DNA of 50,156 nt from an archaeon (GTDB taxonomy: Archaea; Thermoplasmatota; Thermoplasmata; JAJSAE01), in NCBI GenBank assembly GCA_024281315.1, contig JAJSAE010000069.1, forward strand, positions 1 through 50,156, in the 5' to 3' direction. Shown here piece after piece: positions 10,701-19,401 of the stretch. The notes under the pieces are model-generated. The model had not been told where the DNA came from, did no database searches, and saw nothing but the letters and a program-made list of their open reading frames with translations. Every line of letters starts with the position of its first letter. The first letter of the stretch is position 1. The position numbers were made by a program, and so were the translations under genes.

Positions 10701-13700
10701 ACCTGACGGTGGAATGGTATCTGGATGTCTATGTCCGGGATGCCGGCGGAGTGGCGCTTCCGGGAGCATGGGTCAATCTCACAGACAGACAGGGCAACTA
10801 CATCCCTGCCGGAACAACCGACGCTTCCGGGCATCTGGGTCCGCTTGTTCTTGTGGAATATGTCCAGAACTGGACAGAAAAGGATTACTACGCCCCATAC
10901 AATGTATACGCTGACGACGGGACTAACTACGGCTCGGAACCCGCACTGCTCGATACCTCCATGAGCGTTTACATCACCGTCGGCCTTCAGTATGTTCATA
11001 ATATCGAGCAGGACACATGGTATCCGGGGATACAGCCTGCCGTAATCATGGCCAACCCCGGAGAGCACCTGGAGGTCTATGGAGGAACGCACAACGAGAG
11101 CGCTCTCGTGGACAAAGAGGTGCACATAGCAGGCGTCGGTTCACCCCTGCCGGTCGTTAACGGGAACGGGGCCGGGCCGGCATTCTATATCGATGCGGAA
11201 GGCGTGGAGATAAGCGACCTGAACATTACGAACACCGGAGCGGCGGCCAATGAGTACGGAATCTATGCCGACACGGGCGGATTCGACATACATGACAACC
11301 TGTTTCACACCCAGAATTCCGGGGTCTATGTGGACATATATCACTACAACGAGGGCTCGATGAGTATCGGAGACATGAGCATATATAACAACAGGATGGA
11401 AGGAAACGGAATATATTTTAACCGCATCCAGTTCGACCACCCTCTGAGGGATTCCACAATCACCGTGGGGCAGATTGCCATAGACAACAACTGGATAAAC
11501 ACCACATTCGGCAGCGGTATCGAAATAGATATTGAATACACACAATACCTCTATGGCAGTACGTCTGTGGATATGGCAGGTATCGTAGCAACGGGAAACC
11601 ATATCAACAGTTCTTCGGAGTCGTTCTATCTCTATATGGACTCTGTCGGGTATTATATGTACGACACCTCCTCTTTCGCTTTCGGCGACATCGACATCAG
11701 CAACAACGATTTCATATCCGAGAATTCGGATGTCATCTATATCGATATCGGCGATAGCGGCTATTATATGTACAACTACAGCAGCTGGTCGCTAGGCACC
11801 GTGAACATCGCTGACAATACCATTGTTGCTAGAGGTCCATGGTCATCTGGCGTTGAGACCTATATTTATGACTGCGCTGAAGAAATGTACGGAAATTCCT
11901 TCGCCACCTTCGGCCCATGGAACATCCTCCGGAACGACATCACCGCCAGATATGGAGTATACACCGGACCGGAGTACTGCGGCTATGATATGTATGATAA
12001 TGCGGAACTGGTTTTCCATGACTGGAACATAATGTACAACAACATCGATGTCACCGGGACAGGGCTGGAATTTGACTATTATGACATTGGTGAGGAGATG
12101 TACGACAACAGCAGGGTAAGCGGCGGAAACAACAGGATAATGTACAACACGGTAACTGCGGAGGCCAACGAGGCCTACTATCTTTACTACGACTACATCG
12201 GATACGACATGTACGACAGCAGTTATGTTTCCGTCGGCTGGACGAACACCTCTTATAACACATTCCATTCGAACACAAGTTATGGAATGTATGTAGAGAT
12301 ATACAATCTCGGAGCATACATGGAAGGCAGCAGTCAGGCACACATCGGAGACTTCCTCTTTAACGACAATGATGTTCTGTCGAACACGAGTTATGGCATA
12401 TATTTCTATGGATGGTATGAGAACGGATATTATAACAGTGGAAACAGCTATGTTGAGTTCGGCGATGTGCTGGTGAACGACAACCGGATAACAACTAATG
12501 AGAGCACGGGGAGTTATGGAATATATCTTGAGGACTGGTACGACAACGGGGCATACCTGATGGACTTCGCAACCGTCGTATTGGGAAACTTCGAGGTCAA
12601 CAACAACACCATAAATTCCGGAAGCAATGGGATATATGTGGGCAGTTGGTATGGTTGGGGATACTATCTTTCCTATGATTTCAACTCGGGGACGCCGCAG
12701 CCTGCTTCCTGTCATGTCTCTGTAGGCCATATGCAGTTCAACGGCAACATAATAAACTCCTCGGGCGACGGGATTTATATCTACTACTTCGAAGAGATGG
12801 GCGAAGAGATGTACGGCTCCTCCACTTTCACCATGAAGAACTTTGAAGTGCGCGGGAACACCATGAATACACAGGGTTATGGAATCTATGCATATTATAT
12901 GGGGTACTTTGGATATGACCTGTATGATCAATCCGCAGTTACCATAGGTGATTTCCTCTTCAATGACAATATCATATACTCCGGGGATACGGGAATATAT
13001 ATCTCTTACTTTACTGACATAGCAGAGGAAATGTACGAATACTCCCAGTTCGGTATGGGCAACTTCGAGATGTGCCACAACACGGTCAATTCCTCGAGCT
13101 CTGACGGCCTCTATCCCGATGAGATAGAATACCTCGCTTACAATATGTACGACAACTCCCGTGCCACATTCGGCGACTTCCTGTTCAACTGGAATACGGT
13201 GACCAACGCTTCCGGCTATGCCTTCTACTCCGACTACATAGACTATCTAGCCTATGAAATGTATGACAACTCCATAGCGGTCTTCGGAAACTTTGAGTTC
13301 AACAACAACATAATGCACTCCACGGAGGCCGGAGTCTATGTCTATAACGAATACTGGGGCTACTCCATGTACGACTCCTCACAGGCATATTTTGGCCATA
13401 CACAGATGAACGACAATACTGTGAACACCACCGGAAATTCGCCTTGGGTCGTGGGTATAGAGATGGATTCGATGTATGAATTCGCCTATGAGATGTATGA
13501 TAACTCCTATTTCGAGATGGGTAATGTGGAGATATGCAGGAACACCGTGAAGACCAACACTTCCGGCAGCGGCAATGGCATAGAGGCGGACATATATAAC
13601 ATAGGATATAATATGTATGACAGCAGCCGTGCCGTCTTCCATGACTTCTTGTTCAACGACAATAATATAAGCGCTGGCGGCGAGGGCATATATTTCGAAG

Positions 13701-16700
13701 ATTTCTCTTATATCGCATACTACATGTACGACTATTCCAGTTTCAGCATGGGGGATGTGGACATGAACGACAACATCATAAGCGCCGGCGGCGATGGCAT
13801 ATATTTCGTGCCATACGAGGTAGGTGCATACATGTACTACGGTTCATCTGCCAGTATCGGAAGCAACCACATAATCAACAATAACATCACATCTGTGAAT
13901 GACTACGGGATATATTCGTGGTGGTGGTATGATTTCGGATACGAACTCTATGAGAATGCCCATCTGGAGGTCGGTAGCTCCATAATTACCAACAACACGG
14001 TATCGGCGGATGTGGATTCCGCTATCTGCACCGGCCCTTACGAGGCAGGATACGATGTTTATGACTCATCATCGGTGGTCTTCGGCAACTACATTGTTTC
14101 GAACAATACGGCCTTCTCGAACCAGAGCATGGGAATAGTGTTCTATAATTATGAAGTGGGACTTTATCTTTATGACGGCTCGTACTCCTACTCCAATAGC
14201 AGCGTGACAGTAGGGGATATCGAGATAGAGGGCAACGATGTAACGGCCCCGCAGGACACGGGTATATATTTCTATTCCGGGGATGTGGGGTATGATGTGG
14301 AATATGATTCCCGGGTAATAACAGGTGACACATCCATCAGGAACAATGCCGTAGATGCGTACGACGGGCTTTACCTTGAGGTGGACCGCATGGGATATGG
14401 AATCTACGATGATGCCGTGGCGAGCCTTGGAAGCCTTGATGCCGGAAATAACACGATAAACGCCAACACCTCCGGTGGATACGGTCTATACCTGAGGATG
14501 TATCGGGTGGCATACAACCTGTACAACGACGGCCGCTTCACGGCGGGCGATGTTTATCTGCACGACAACACCGTACTGGGATCTGGCACCGGAATGTATA
14601 TTGGGTACGCAGATTGCGGAGCAACTTACAATAATGCATACGGAGAGATTCCCGGCACCCATGCCTACAACAATGACATCACCGCATCTGACTGGGGGCT
14701 GCGCCTTGTCGGGTCCCGGAACCCGTACGCATACACGGGCGGAACACAGGTCTGGGGGCCGGTCAAGATATACGATTCGACCATCAATTCCGGCAACGGA
14801 ACATATATTTATTCGGATGCGGCCAGTACAAAGCCGGATGTCCGGATAAACGATGTCACATTCACCAAGACCGGAGCTTCAGGTCCCGGCAACGGAATCG
14901 CCGCATGGAACGGGGCCGCGACATTCGAAGGGTGCAGTTTCAGCGGATACTCACAGGGCATATATGCCAACGGCACGGACCTGACCGTTGGAAGCAGCAG
15001 TTTCAGCGGAGTGACCGGATGGGACATAAACATGACCGATGCGGCCCATGTGTTCATGGTGGACGACACCTTTAACAAGGCAAATGTTCTCTTCCAGGAT
15101 AATGCATCCATACTGGACATAGGCTGGTACATCACAATCAATGTGATAACACAGACAGGAAACGGAGTGCCTTATGCGGATGTCACCTATACATCCAATG
15201 TCTCCGCTCCTACCGTCTTTACAAAGAGTCTTGTAACCGATGGAAACGGGCAATACCTCGATATGCTGAGAGAATACAGACAGAATATAACGGGAATTAT
15301 AGAGCAGTATAACAATTACAACATGACAGGGACCAAGGCCGGCCTCACCGGATGGCTGGTTCCCGACCCGACGCCCATAGATGCGAGCAAGAATGTTTAC
15401 ATCGTTCTTACGGATACTGACCCGCCGATTCTTGGCGCAGATACATCCGATACCGCGGGAACGACGGGAGATCCGTTCACATTCCGCGTTGATGCCACGG
15501 ATACTATCGGGATGGACTATGTGACCGTTTATTACAGATACGGAAGCAGTGGCGCATATACCAGTGCAGTTATGAGCAGTAGCGACAATATCAGCTGGGT
15601 ACATACCATGAGTCTGCCCTCCAACTTCATCGGGAACATGGAGTACTACTTCATCGCAACGGACCTTGCGGGCAATACAGACACATCTGGAACAGTAGCG
15701 GTACCTATAACTGACAATGATGCGCCGTACGGGCTTGTCGATAACTCACCAGCGGTTGCATACGGCCCGACATATGAGTTCAACATGACCATAAGCGATA
15801 ATATCGATGTTACTTCCGTAACCGTAACATACTGGTTTGATTCCGAGAATCACACCACCACCCCGATGAACGGCGCAGGACCCTGGACTTACACAATAGA
15901 CCTGAACTGCTCGTGGAACAGCACCCTTCACTACTACTTCACCGCAAGCGATGCGGCAGGAAATGTCTTTACCGGCCCCACAACTGATGTACCGGTGAAT
16001 GATAACGAAGCGCCTGTGATTACCGCGGACAATTCCGATACTGCTGCGACAACCGGCGATGAGTTCCATTTCAGTGTGGACGCAACGGACAACTTCGAAA
16101 TCGGCTCCGTTACGGTAATATACTGGTTCGGAAACGGAACACATTCCAGCACGATATTGACCGGCTCGGGAACATACGCCGGAAGTATAGTTATTGATAG
16201 CGGCTCCATCGACACCCTACACTACTACTTCAATGTCACAGATGCAGCGGGAAACTATGTTATCAGTGATACCGTAGATGTTAATGTCGTGGATAACGAC
16301 CTGCCGGTAATCGCAGACATGACTGTGGGTAACCCTGTGAAGGGAAATAACTTCATAATCCTCGGAGAGGTGACCGACAATGTGGGCGTTTCCGGTGTTT
16401 ATCTGGAGTACTGGTTCGATGATGGAATACACGCCAATGAATCCATGCTGGGTGTCGGCGACATCTGGATATTCTCCGTAAGCATGCCGAAGGATGCGGT
16501 GCAACTGCATTATATCTTCCATGCGGGCGACGGAACGGGATGGAACTCAAGCTCTGAAACAATACTGGACACACAGGAGCCCATAGATAACGAGGCCCCC
16601 GTGGTGGTGGACTCCACGACAGCCGTACCGATAACAGACAGGGACTTCACATTCTCGGCTGCAGCTAGCGACAATGTAGGTGTTGCCGGAGTTTATGTCG

Positions 16701-17848
16701 AGTACTGGTTCGACAGCGGAGACCACAGCAATATATCAATGACAGAAGCGGATGCACACTGGGAATTCACCATGAGCGTTCCAGCAGATGTCACGGAACT
16801 GCACTATGTCTTCCACGCCGTCGATACATCCGACAACTGGGCCAGCACGGCAGAGGCAGCGCTCACCGTCGAGGCAACGGCCAGCGACAACGAACCGCCT
16901 GCAATAACGGACAGCACCACAGGAGTGCCCCTGAGCGGAATGGCATTTACATTCTCGGCCGATGTGACCGATAATATCGGTGTTGCCGGAGTTTATGTCG
17001 AGTACTGGTTCGACAGCGGAGACCACAGCAATATATCAATGGCAAACACAGGTAGCGAATGGGAGTACAGCATGATTGTGCCGGCGGAGGTAAGCAGGCT
17101 CCACTACATCCTTTCGGCCAGAGATACCTCCGGTAACTGGAACTCCCTTGCGGAGAAGGAACTCAATGTGCCAGCCCTGATAATCGATACCGAAGACCCG
17201 GTAATCGTATCCATACATACAAGCGAAAGTGCAACGGAAGGGGCGGACTTCTCCTTCACCGTAACTGCCACGGATAATGTTGGTGTGGGAACTGTCTATG
17301 TGGTCTACTGGACCGATGAAAATGAGCAGGCCATGGCTCTTCTGACCGGTGAAAACGGCACATACTCCGGCACCATCGCAGTACCTCAGGGCTCGCAACT
17401 GCACTTCTATCCCGTTGTAAAGGACCTTGTAGGCAACACGGCGCAGGGCAACCAGACCGACATGGACATCACGCCGGCCAGCGGCGGCGGAACCATCGCA
17501 CCGTCAAGCCTAGGGGGAACGAACCTGCTCCTGATAGCCATAATCGTTATCCTCCTTCTGATGGTCATCTACCTAGCGGCCACAAGGAACAAGGGCGGAA
17601 AGGGCGGCACTCCCAAAGCAGCAGTAGAGGAAGCACAGGAAGTTGAGGAACCTAAAGAGGAGGCCGTGGATGAAATGGAAGCGCCGGCACCTGAAAACAC
17701 AGAAGCATCTGAAATGACTGAAGAAAACTCGGAGCCAGAGCAGGCAGAAGCACAGGAAGAGGCAGGAGAAACATCAGGTGAGAGCGCGGAGACCGAAGGA
17801 GTGCCGGAAGAGGAAAAGGGCGAGGTTCTGGACCTCGCTGACTTCTGA
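7748..17848 (+). CDS. Giant secreted, C-terminally membrane-anchored surface protein: beta-helix repeats, FBA lectin domain, LamG domain, Tyr-rich solenoid, 7 Ig-like repeats, TM helix, acidic tail
   Basis: N-terminal KK plus hydrophobic signal peptide; NosD/PbH-like 'NNxIxxNxI..GIY' repeats; LamG motifs LVAYWKMDE, MTVEAWI, WYHVVG, FDGLIDDVRIFNSALS; D(N/T)xxP-headed ~100-aa repeats; TM LLLIAIIVILLLMVIYLAA; many NxS/T sequons. Confidence 0.9.
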   Translation: MNGKNDGLKKGVAVLLVLLMVSSGFFVIVTDSAAAKSSDMSGTANPADMGPVQEKTGTNSGSDSATSTGSDVNSNAAGNGAGQATVPNDAGGRGPREKNTAQKDVKTQAAHPQVTKTGMDTNTKRSNERRTSENRETVNTAENPVYAASVSGNPAPPISSSWKIGTISDVTAGSGAQPAAVGPVVVVYDMDTNKTYASIQDAINNATSGDHLIIRGMALENISVDGKTIQIVNSSFDLIGDISVRNGGSLLVDPSWVNMSGNWYIDAGAINVTDNTIVQFNNSFDGEFGIQVNSTGTLIIQNGSKIQSNGTAQYWFHVLPGASLFINDSVVKNCGWNDSDPGPMIQASGLYVHNGTFTENGAGLILFDVDGAIVENSTFYNNFMGGIGLIDGADGNYIANNSFDGAEGIHMEGSRNNVISGNQMSNTTYGIYNQMSNTTYGTYNSYSPSNLLQNPGAETGDLSGWTIDANGGAGWNVVDGGGRDSRYCFVTSYDWDIKHQEIDLLAAGYTPAFLDSSPDITASEWFYSRVDQTGMYELKVELRNATHAVIASWDTGVKDALPRTTWILENHTFAGYPTGVRYVYFEDRGKDTSYWSNWYGARMDDASLTIKGYDRNIIEGNTISGPGYGIYLDGVSYSTISNNSITSYSGIYMNNSDNNTLYNNDITFGNNKYANLVAYWKMDESQWTGVWGEARDSSGNGHNGYARNGANTNASGYYGRAGDFDGVNDWVYISDGGNALDLTGDMTVEAWINARSFGWYDGIVSKYQSWGANGFTLRLSPVAPYNTIDFCGRTGTIPLNANEWYHVVGVMQGGTANIYVNGVLDTSGAPAYTRVANWNPVSIGGDYVYSGGRYFDGLIDDVRIFNSALSPEEINQTYNSEFAYGIYMKDSADNNISFNPSISDISGYGDAAIYLDNSSPTISYANMDNSLQGLVCVNGASPLMVSSQILGNVVDDVYVNGNSHPILLNTTFNKDQGYVIDSSSNLTVEWYLDVYVRDAGGVALPGAWVNLTDRQGNYIPAGTTDASGHLGPLVLVEYVQNWTEKDYYAPYNVYADDGTNYGSEPALLDTSMSVYITVGLQYVHNIEQDTWYPGIQPAVIMANPGEHLEVYGGTHNESALVDKEVHIAGVGSPLPVVNGNGAGPAFYIDAEGVEISDLNITNTGAAANEYGIYADTGGFDIHDNLFHTQNSGVYVDIYHYNEGSMSIGDMSIYNNRMEGNGIYFNRIQFDHPLRDSTITVGQIAIDNNWINTTFGSGIEIDIEYTQYLYGSTSVDMAGIVATGNHINSSSESFYLYMDSVGYYMYDTSSFAFGDIDISNNDFISENSDVIYIDIGDSGYYMYNYSSWSLGTVNIADNTIVARGPWSSGVETYIYDCAEEMYGNSFATFGPWNILRNDITARYGVYTGPEYCGYDMYDNAELVFHDWNIMYNNIDVTGTGLEFDYYDIGEEMYDNSRVSGGNNRIMYNTVTAEANEAYYLYYDYIGYDMYDSSYVSVGWTNTSYNTFHSNTSYGMYVEIYNLGAYMEGSSQAHIGDFLFNDNDVLSNTSYGIYFYGWYENGYYNSGNSYVEFGDVLVNDNRITTNESTGSYGIYLEDWYDNGAYLMDFATVVLGNFEVNNNTINSGSNGIYVGSWYGWGYYLSYDFNSGTPQPASCHVSVGHMQFNGNIINSSGDGIYIYYFEEMGEEMYGSSTFTMKNFEVRGNTMNTQGYGIYAYYMGYFGYDLYDQSAVTIGDFLFNDNIIYSGDTGIYISYFTDIAEEMYEYSQFGMGNFEMCHNTVNSSSSDGLYPDEIEYLAYNMYDNSRATFGDFLFNWNTVTNASGYAFYSDYIDYLAYEMYDNSIAVFGNFEFNNNIMHSTEAGVYVYNEYWGYSMYDSSQAYFGHTQMNDNTVNTTGNSPWVVGIEMDSMYEFAYEMYDNSYFEMGNVEICRNTVKTNTSGSGNGIEADIYNIGYNMYDSSRAVFHDFLFNDNNISAGGEGIYFEDFSYIAYYMYDYSSFSMGDVDMNDNIISAGGDGIYFVPYEVGAYMYYGSSASIGSNHIINNNITSVNDYGIYSWWWYDFGYELYENAHLEVGSSIITNNTVSADVDSAICTGPYEAGYDVYDSSSVVFGNYIVSNNTAFSNQSMGIVFYNYEVGLYLYDGSYSYSNSSVTVGDIEIEGNDVTAPQDTGIYFYSGDVGYDVEYDSRVITGDTSIRNNAVDAYDGLYLEVDRMGYGIYDDAVASLGSLDAGNNTINANTSGGYGLYLRMYRVAYNLYNDGRFTAGDVYLHDNTVLGSGTGMYIGYADCGATYNNAYGEIPGTHAYNNDITASDWGLRLVGSRNPYAYTGGTQVWGPVKIYDSTINSGNGTYIYSDAASTKPDVRINDVTFTKTGASGPGNGIAAWNGAATFEGCSFSGYSQGIYANGTDLTVGSSSFSGVTGWDINMTDAAHVFMVDDTFNKANVLFQDNASILDIGWYITINVITQTGNGVPYADVTYTSNVSAPTVFTKSLVTDGNGQYLDMLREYRQNITGIIEQYNNYNMTGTKAGLTGWLVPDPTPIDASKNVYIVLTDTDPPILGADTSDTAGTTGDPFTFRVDATDTIGMDYVTVYYRYGSSGAYTSAVMSSSDNISWVHTMSLPSNFIGNMEYYFIATDLAGNTDTSGTVAVPITDNDAPYGLVDNSPAVAYGPTYEFNMTISDNIDVTSVTVTYWFDSENHTTTPMNGAGPWTYTIDLNCSWNSTLHYYFTASDAAGNVFTGPTTDVPVNDNEAPVITADNSDTAATTGDEFHFSVDATDNFEIGSVTVIYWFGNGTHSSTILTGSGTYAGSIVIDSGSIDTLHYYFNVTDAAGNYVISDTVDVNVVDNDLPVIADMTVGNPVKGNNFIILGEVTDNVGVSGVYLEYWFDDGIHANESMLGVGDIWIFSVSMPKDAVQLHYIFHAGDGTGWNSSSETILDTQEPIDNEAPVVVDSTTAVPITDRDFTFSAAASDNVGVAGVYVEYWFDSGDHSNISMTEADAHWEFTMSVPADVTELHYVFHAVDTSDNWASTAEAALTVEATASDNEPPAITDSTTGVPLSGMAFTFSADVTDNIGVAGVYVEYWFDSGDHSNISMANTGSEWEYSMIVPAEVSRLHYILSARDTSGNWNSLAEKELNVPALIIDTEDPVIVSIHTSESATEGADFSFTVTATDNVGVGTVYVVYWTDENEQAMALLTGENGTYSGTIAVPQGSQLHFYPVVKDLVGNTAQGNQTDMDITPASGGGTIAPSSLGGTNLLLIAIIVILLLMVIYLAATRNKGGKGGTPKAAVEEAQEVEEPKEEAVDEMEAPAPENTEASEMTEENSEPEQAEAQEEAGETSGESAETEGVPEEEKGEVLDLADF
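9011..9076 (+). repeat. Imperfect 33-bp tandem duplication (NQMSNTTYGIY/NQMSNTTYGTY)
   Basis: aaccagatgtcaaacacaacatatggtatatat then aatcagatgtccaacacaacatacggcacatat. Confidence 0.9.
16679..17041 (+). repeat. Two identical 63-bp copies (16679-16741 and 16979-17041) exactly 300 bp apart
   Basis: ggtgttgccggagtttatgtcgagtactggttcgacagcggagaccacagcaatatatcaatg occurs twice. Confidence 0.95.
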
Positions 17849-17864
17849 AAGCAACCCAAAAACC

Positions 17865-17896
17865 CTTTTTATTTCTTCTATTTTTTTATCTCTCTT
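17865..17896 (+). terminator. Archaeal oligo-T terminator
   Basis: T-tracts (tttttatttcttctatttttttatc) just after the stop of the giant gene. Confidence 0.6.
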
Positions 17897-18042
17897 GTGG
17901 TAGCAAATGATAGAATGAACTGCACGGAATGCCGGAAAGAGGCGGGAGAAGGCTGGCGAGCGGAAGATAGGAAACGCATAAAAAGCATGGACACATATTG
18001 GCCTCATCGAACAGATGTGTAGAAAAGAGGACGGTGAATGAT

Positions 18043-18555
18043 GTGAAAAGAGATTTTGTCGGGACAGACCCGAAGAATACGCTGAAACTGATGCCGCTTC
18101 CCGTGGTGATAGTGAGCGCAAGAAAGGGAGGGGAAATAAACGGCATGACTGCAGCGTGGGTATCGCAGGTCTCGGCCGAGCCGCCGGTTATCATGGTGGC
18201 AATAAGGAGTGAGAGGTACACCTGGGAGATGATGAAGGACACTGAGAATTTCGGGATATCCGTTCTCGGAGAGGGGCAGGAGAAAATTGCGGGGCTCTTC
18301 GGCAGCGTCAGCGGGCGTAACAAAAACAAGTTCAAGGAGGGAAATATTGAACCGATCGTGTCCGATGACGGCCTACCGCTCATACCCGGTTCCGTTGCGG
18401 CCTTTGTCTGCCGAAAAACGGAGGTTGTTAGTATCGGAGACCATCTGGCGGTCTTCGGAGAGATTCTGAAGAGCTGGAAGGGGGAAGAAAAATACCCGCT
18501 GATCTGGTACGGGTGGAATATATCAAAACTGGGAAACGGCTCCCGCCCGGAGTGA
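18043..18555 (+). CDS. Flavin reductase family protein
   Basis: PVVIVS, NGMTAAWVSQVS.EPP, FGISVL, GDH..FGE, PLIWY; GTG 18043 follows GGTGA at 18033-18037. Confidence 0.88.
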   Translation: MKRDFVGTDPKNTLKLMPLPVVIVSARKGGEINGMTAAWVSQVSAEPPVIMVAIRSERYTWEMMKDTENFGISVLGEGQEKIAGLFGSVSGRNKNKFKEGNIEPIVSDDGLPLIPGSVAAFVCRKTEVVSIGDHLAVFGEILKSWKGEEKYPLIWYGWNISKLGNGSRPE

Positions 18556-18578
18556 GAAACACCTTTTCCGCTTAATCG

Positions 18579-18598
18579 TGCGGATACCCGCATTTTTT
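18579..18598 (+). terminator. Short hairpin plus T-tract after flavin reductase
   Basis: TGCGG-ATAC-CCGCA followed by TTTTTT. Confidence 0.45.
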
Positions 18599-18714
18599 CG
18601 TTTATAAGCGTTTTCGGCAGTGAAGGTTTTGGCTGCGGACCCACCCCTTTATTTCCTGTGGAGATTGTGTGAAGGAAGGGAAGGGACAAATAGTTCCGAC
18701 GCATTGGGGGTTAC

Positions 18715-19262
18715 ATGAACTGGAGAAAAGATTCGCATGGAATATTCGTGAAATTGGACAGAGGAGAGGAACTGTTTCCGTCTCTCGAAGAACTGGCGGA
18801 AAAAGAGCTTCATGGCGGGGGGTGATTGTCATGGCCATAGGAATGCTTAAGGATTCCGTCGTTGGTTACTACAACGGAAAAGAGTATGAGAAGAGGGTAT
18901 TTAAAAAGGGCCACGAACTACTCGGCCTGCACGGAAGCATACGGATTCTCAATAGCACGGGAGAAGGGGATCTGAAGGATGTGGAAAGATCTGGAGGGGG
19001 CGGACAGGCGAATATAAAGACGACGGAAGAGGGAGAGAAGAAAGAGAGAAGGATTGGCCTGCATATACACTGCATGATGGCTAATGACAGGCATGAGGTT
19101 GTGGGAGGGCATCTCTTCTCAGCCACCGTCGACCCGCTGGTTGAAATGTTTATAGTGCCTGCGGAAGAGGCGCATCTAACGGTTAAGTTTAACGAAAAGA
19201 CCGGACTGGATGAAATGAAGATAGAATCGAAAATGAGTGAATATCTGGAAAACAAAGAGTAG
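18715..19262 (+). pseudogene. PPC/DUF296 domain protein split by a frameshift, most simply placed at the G6 tract 18817-18822
   Basis: ATG 18715 gives MNWRKDSHGIFVKLDRGEELFPSLEELAEKELHGGG* (typical DUF296 N-terminus); other frame continues GVIVMAIGML...ELLGLHGSI...LHIH...GGHL...VEMFI. Confidence 0.75.
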
Positions 19263-19401
19263 TCAATGGTATAAAAAAGGGGATGTAGAGTACGGAAATT
19301 ATTTCGTCAAAGTTTAAAGAGGAAAGGAAAACGGGGGAGACGAAAAAGGGAAAAGTGTCAAAAAGGAGAGAGTATAGAAAAAGGAAAGAAGGAAATAGGA
19401 T

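Noticed and set aside
11843-13078. 411-aa antisense ORF and other shadow ORFs inside the giant gene
   Set aside because: Mirror of the repetitive sense frame, no independent coding signal
17915-18022. 35-aa ORF MNCTECRKE... with one CxxC
   Set aside because: Single CxxC, no RBS, overlaps the probable promoter of the flavin reductase
18669-18714. ORF-track start of the 197-aa DUF296 ORF
   Set aside because: Its first ~50 aa are not family-like; the true N-terminus is in another frame from 18715
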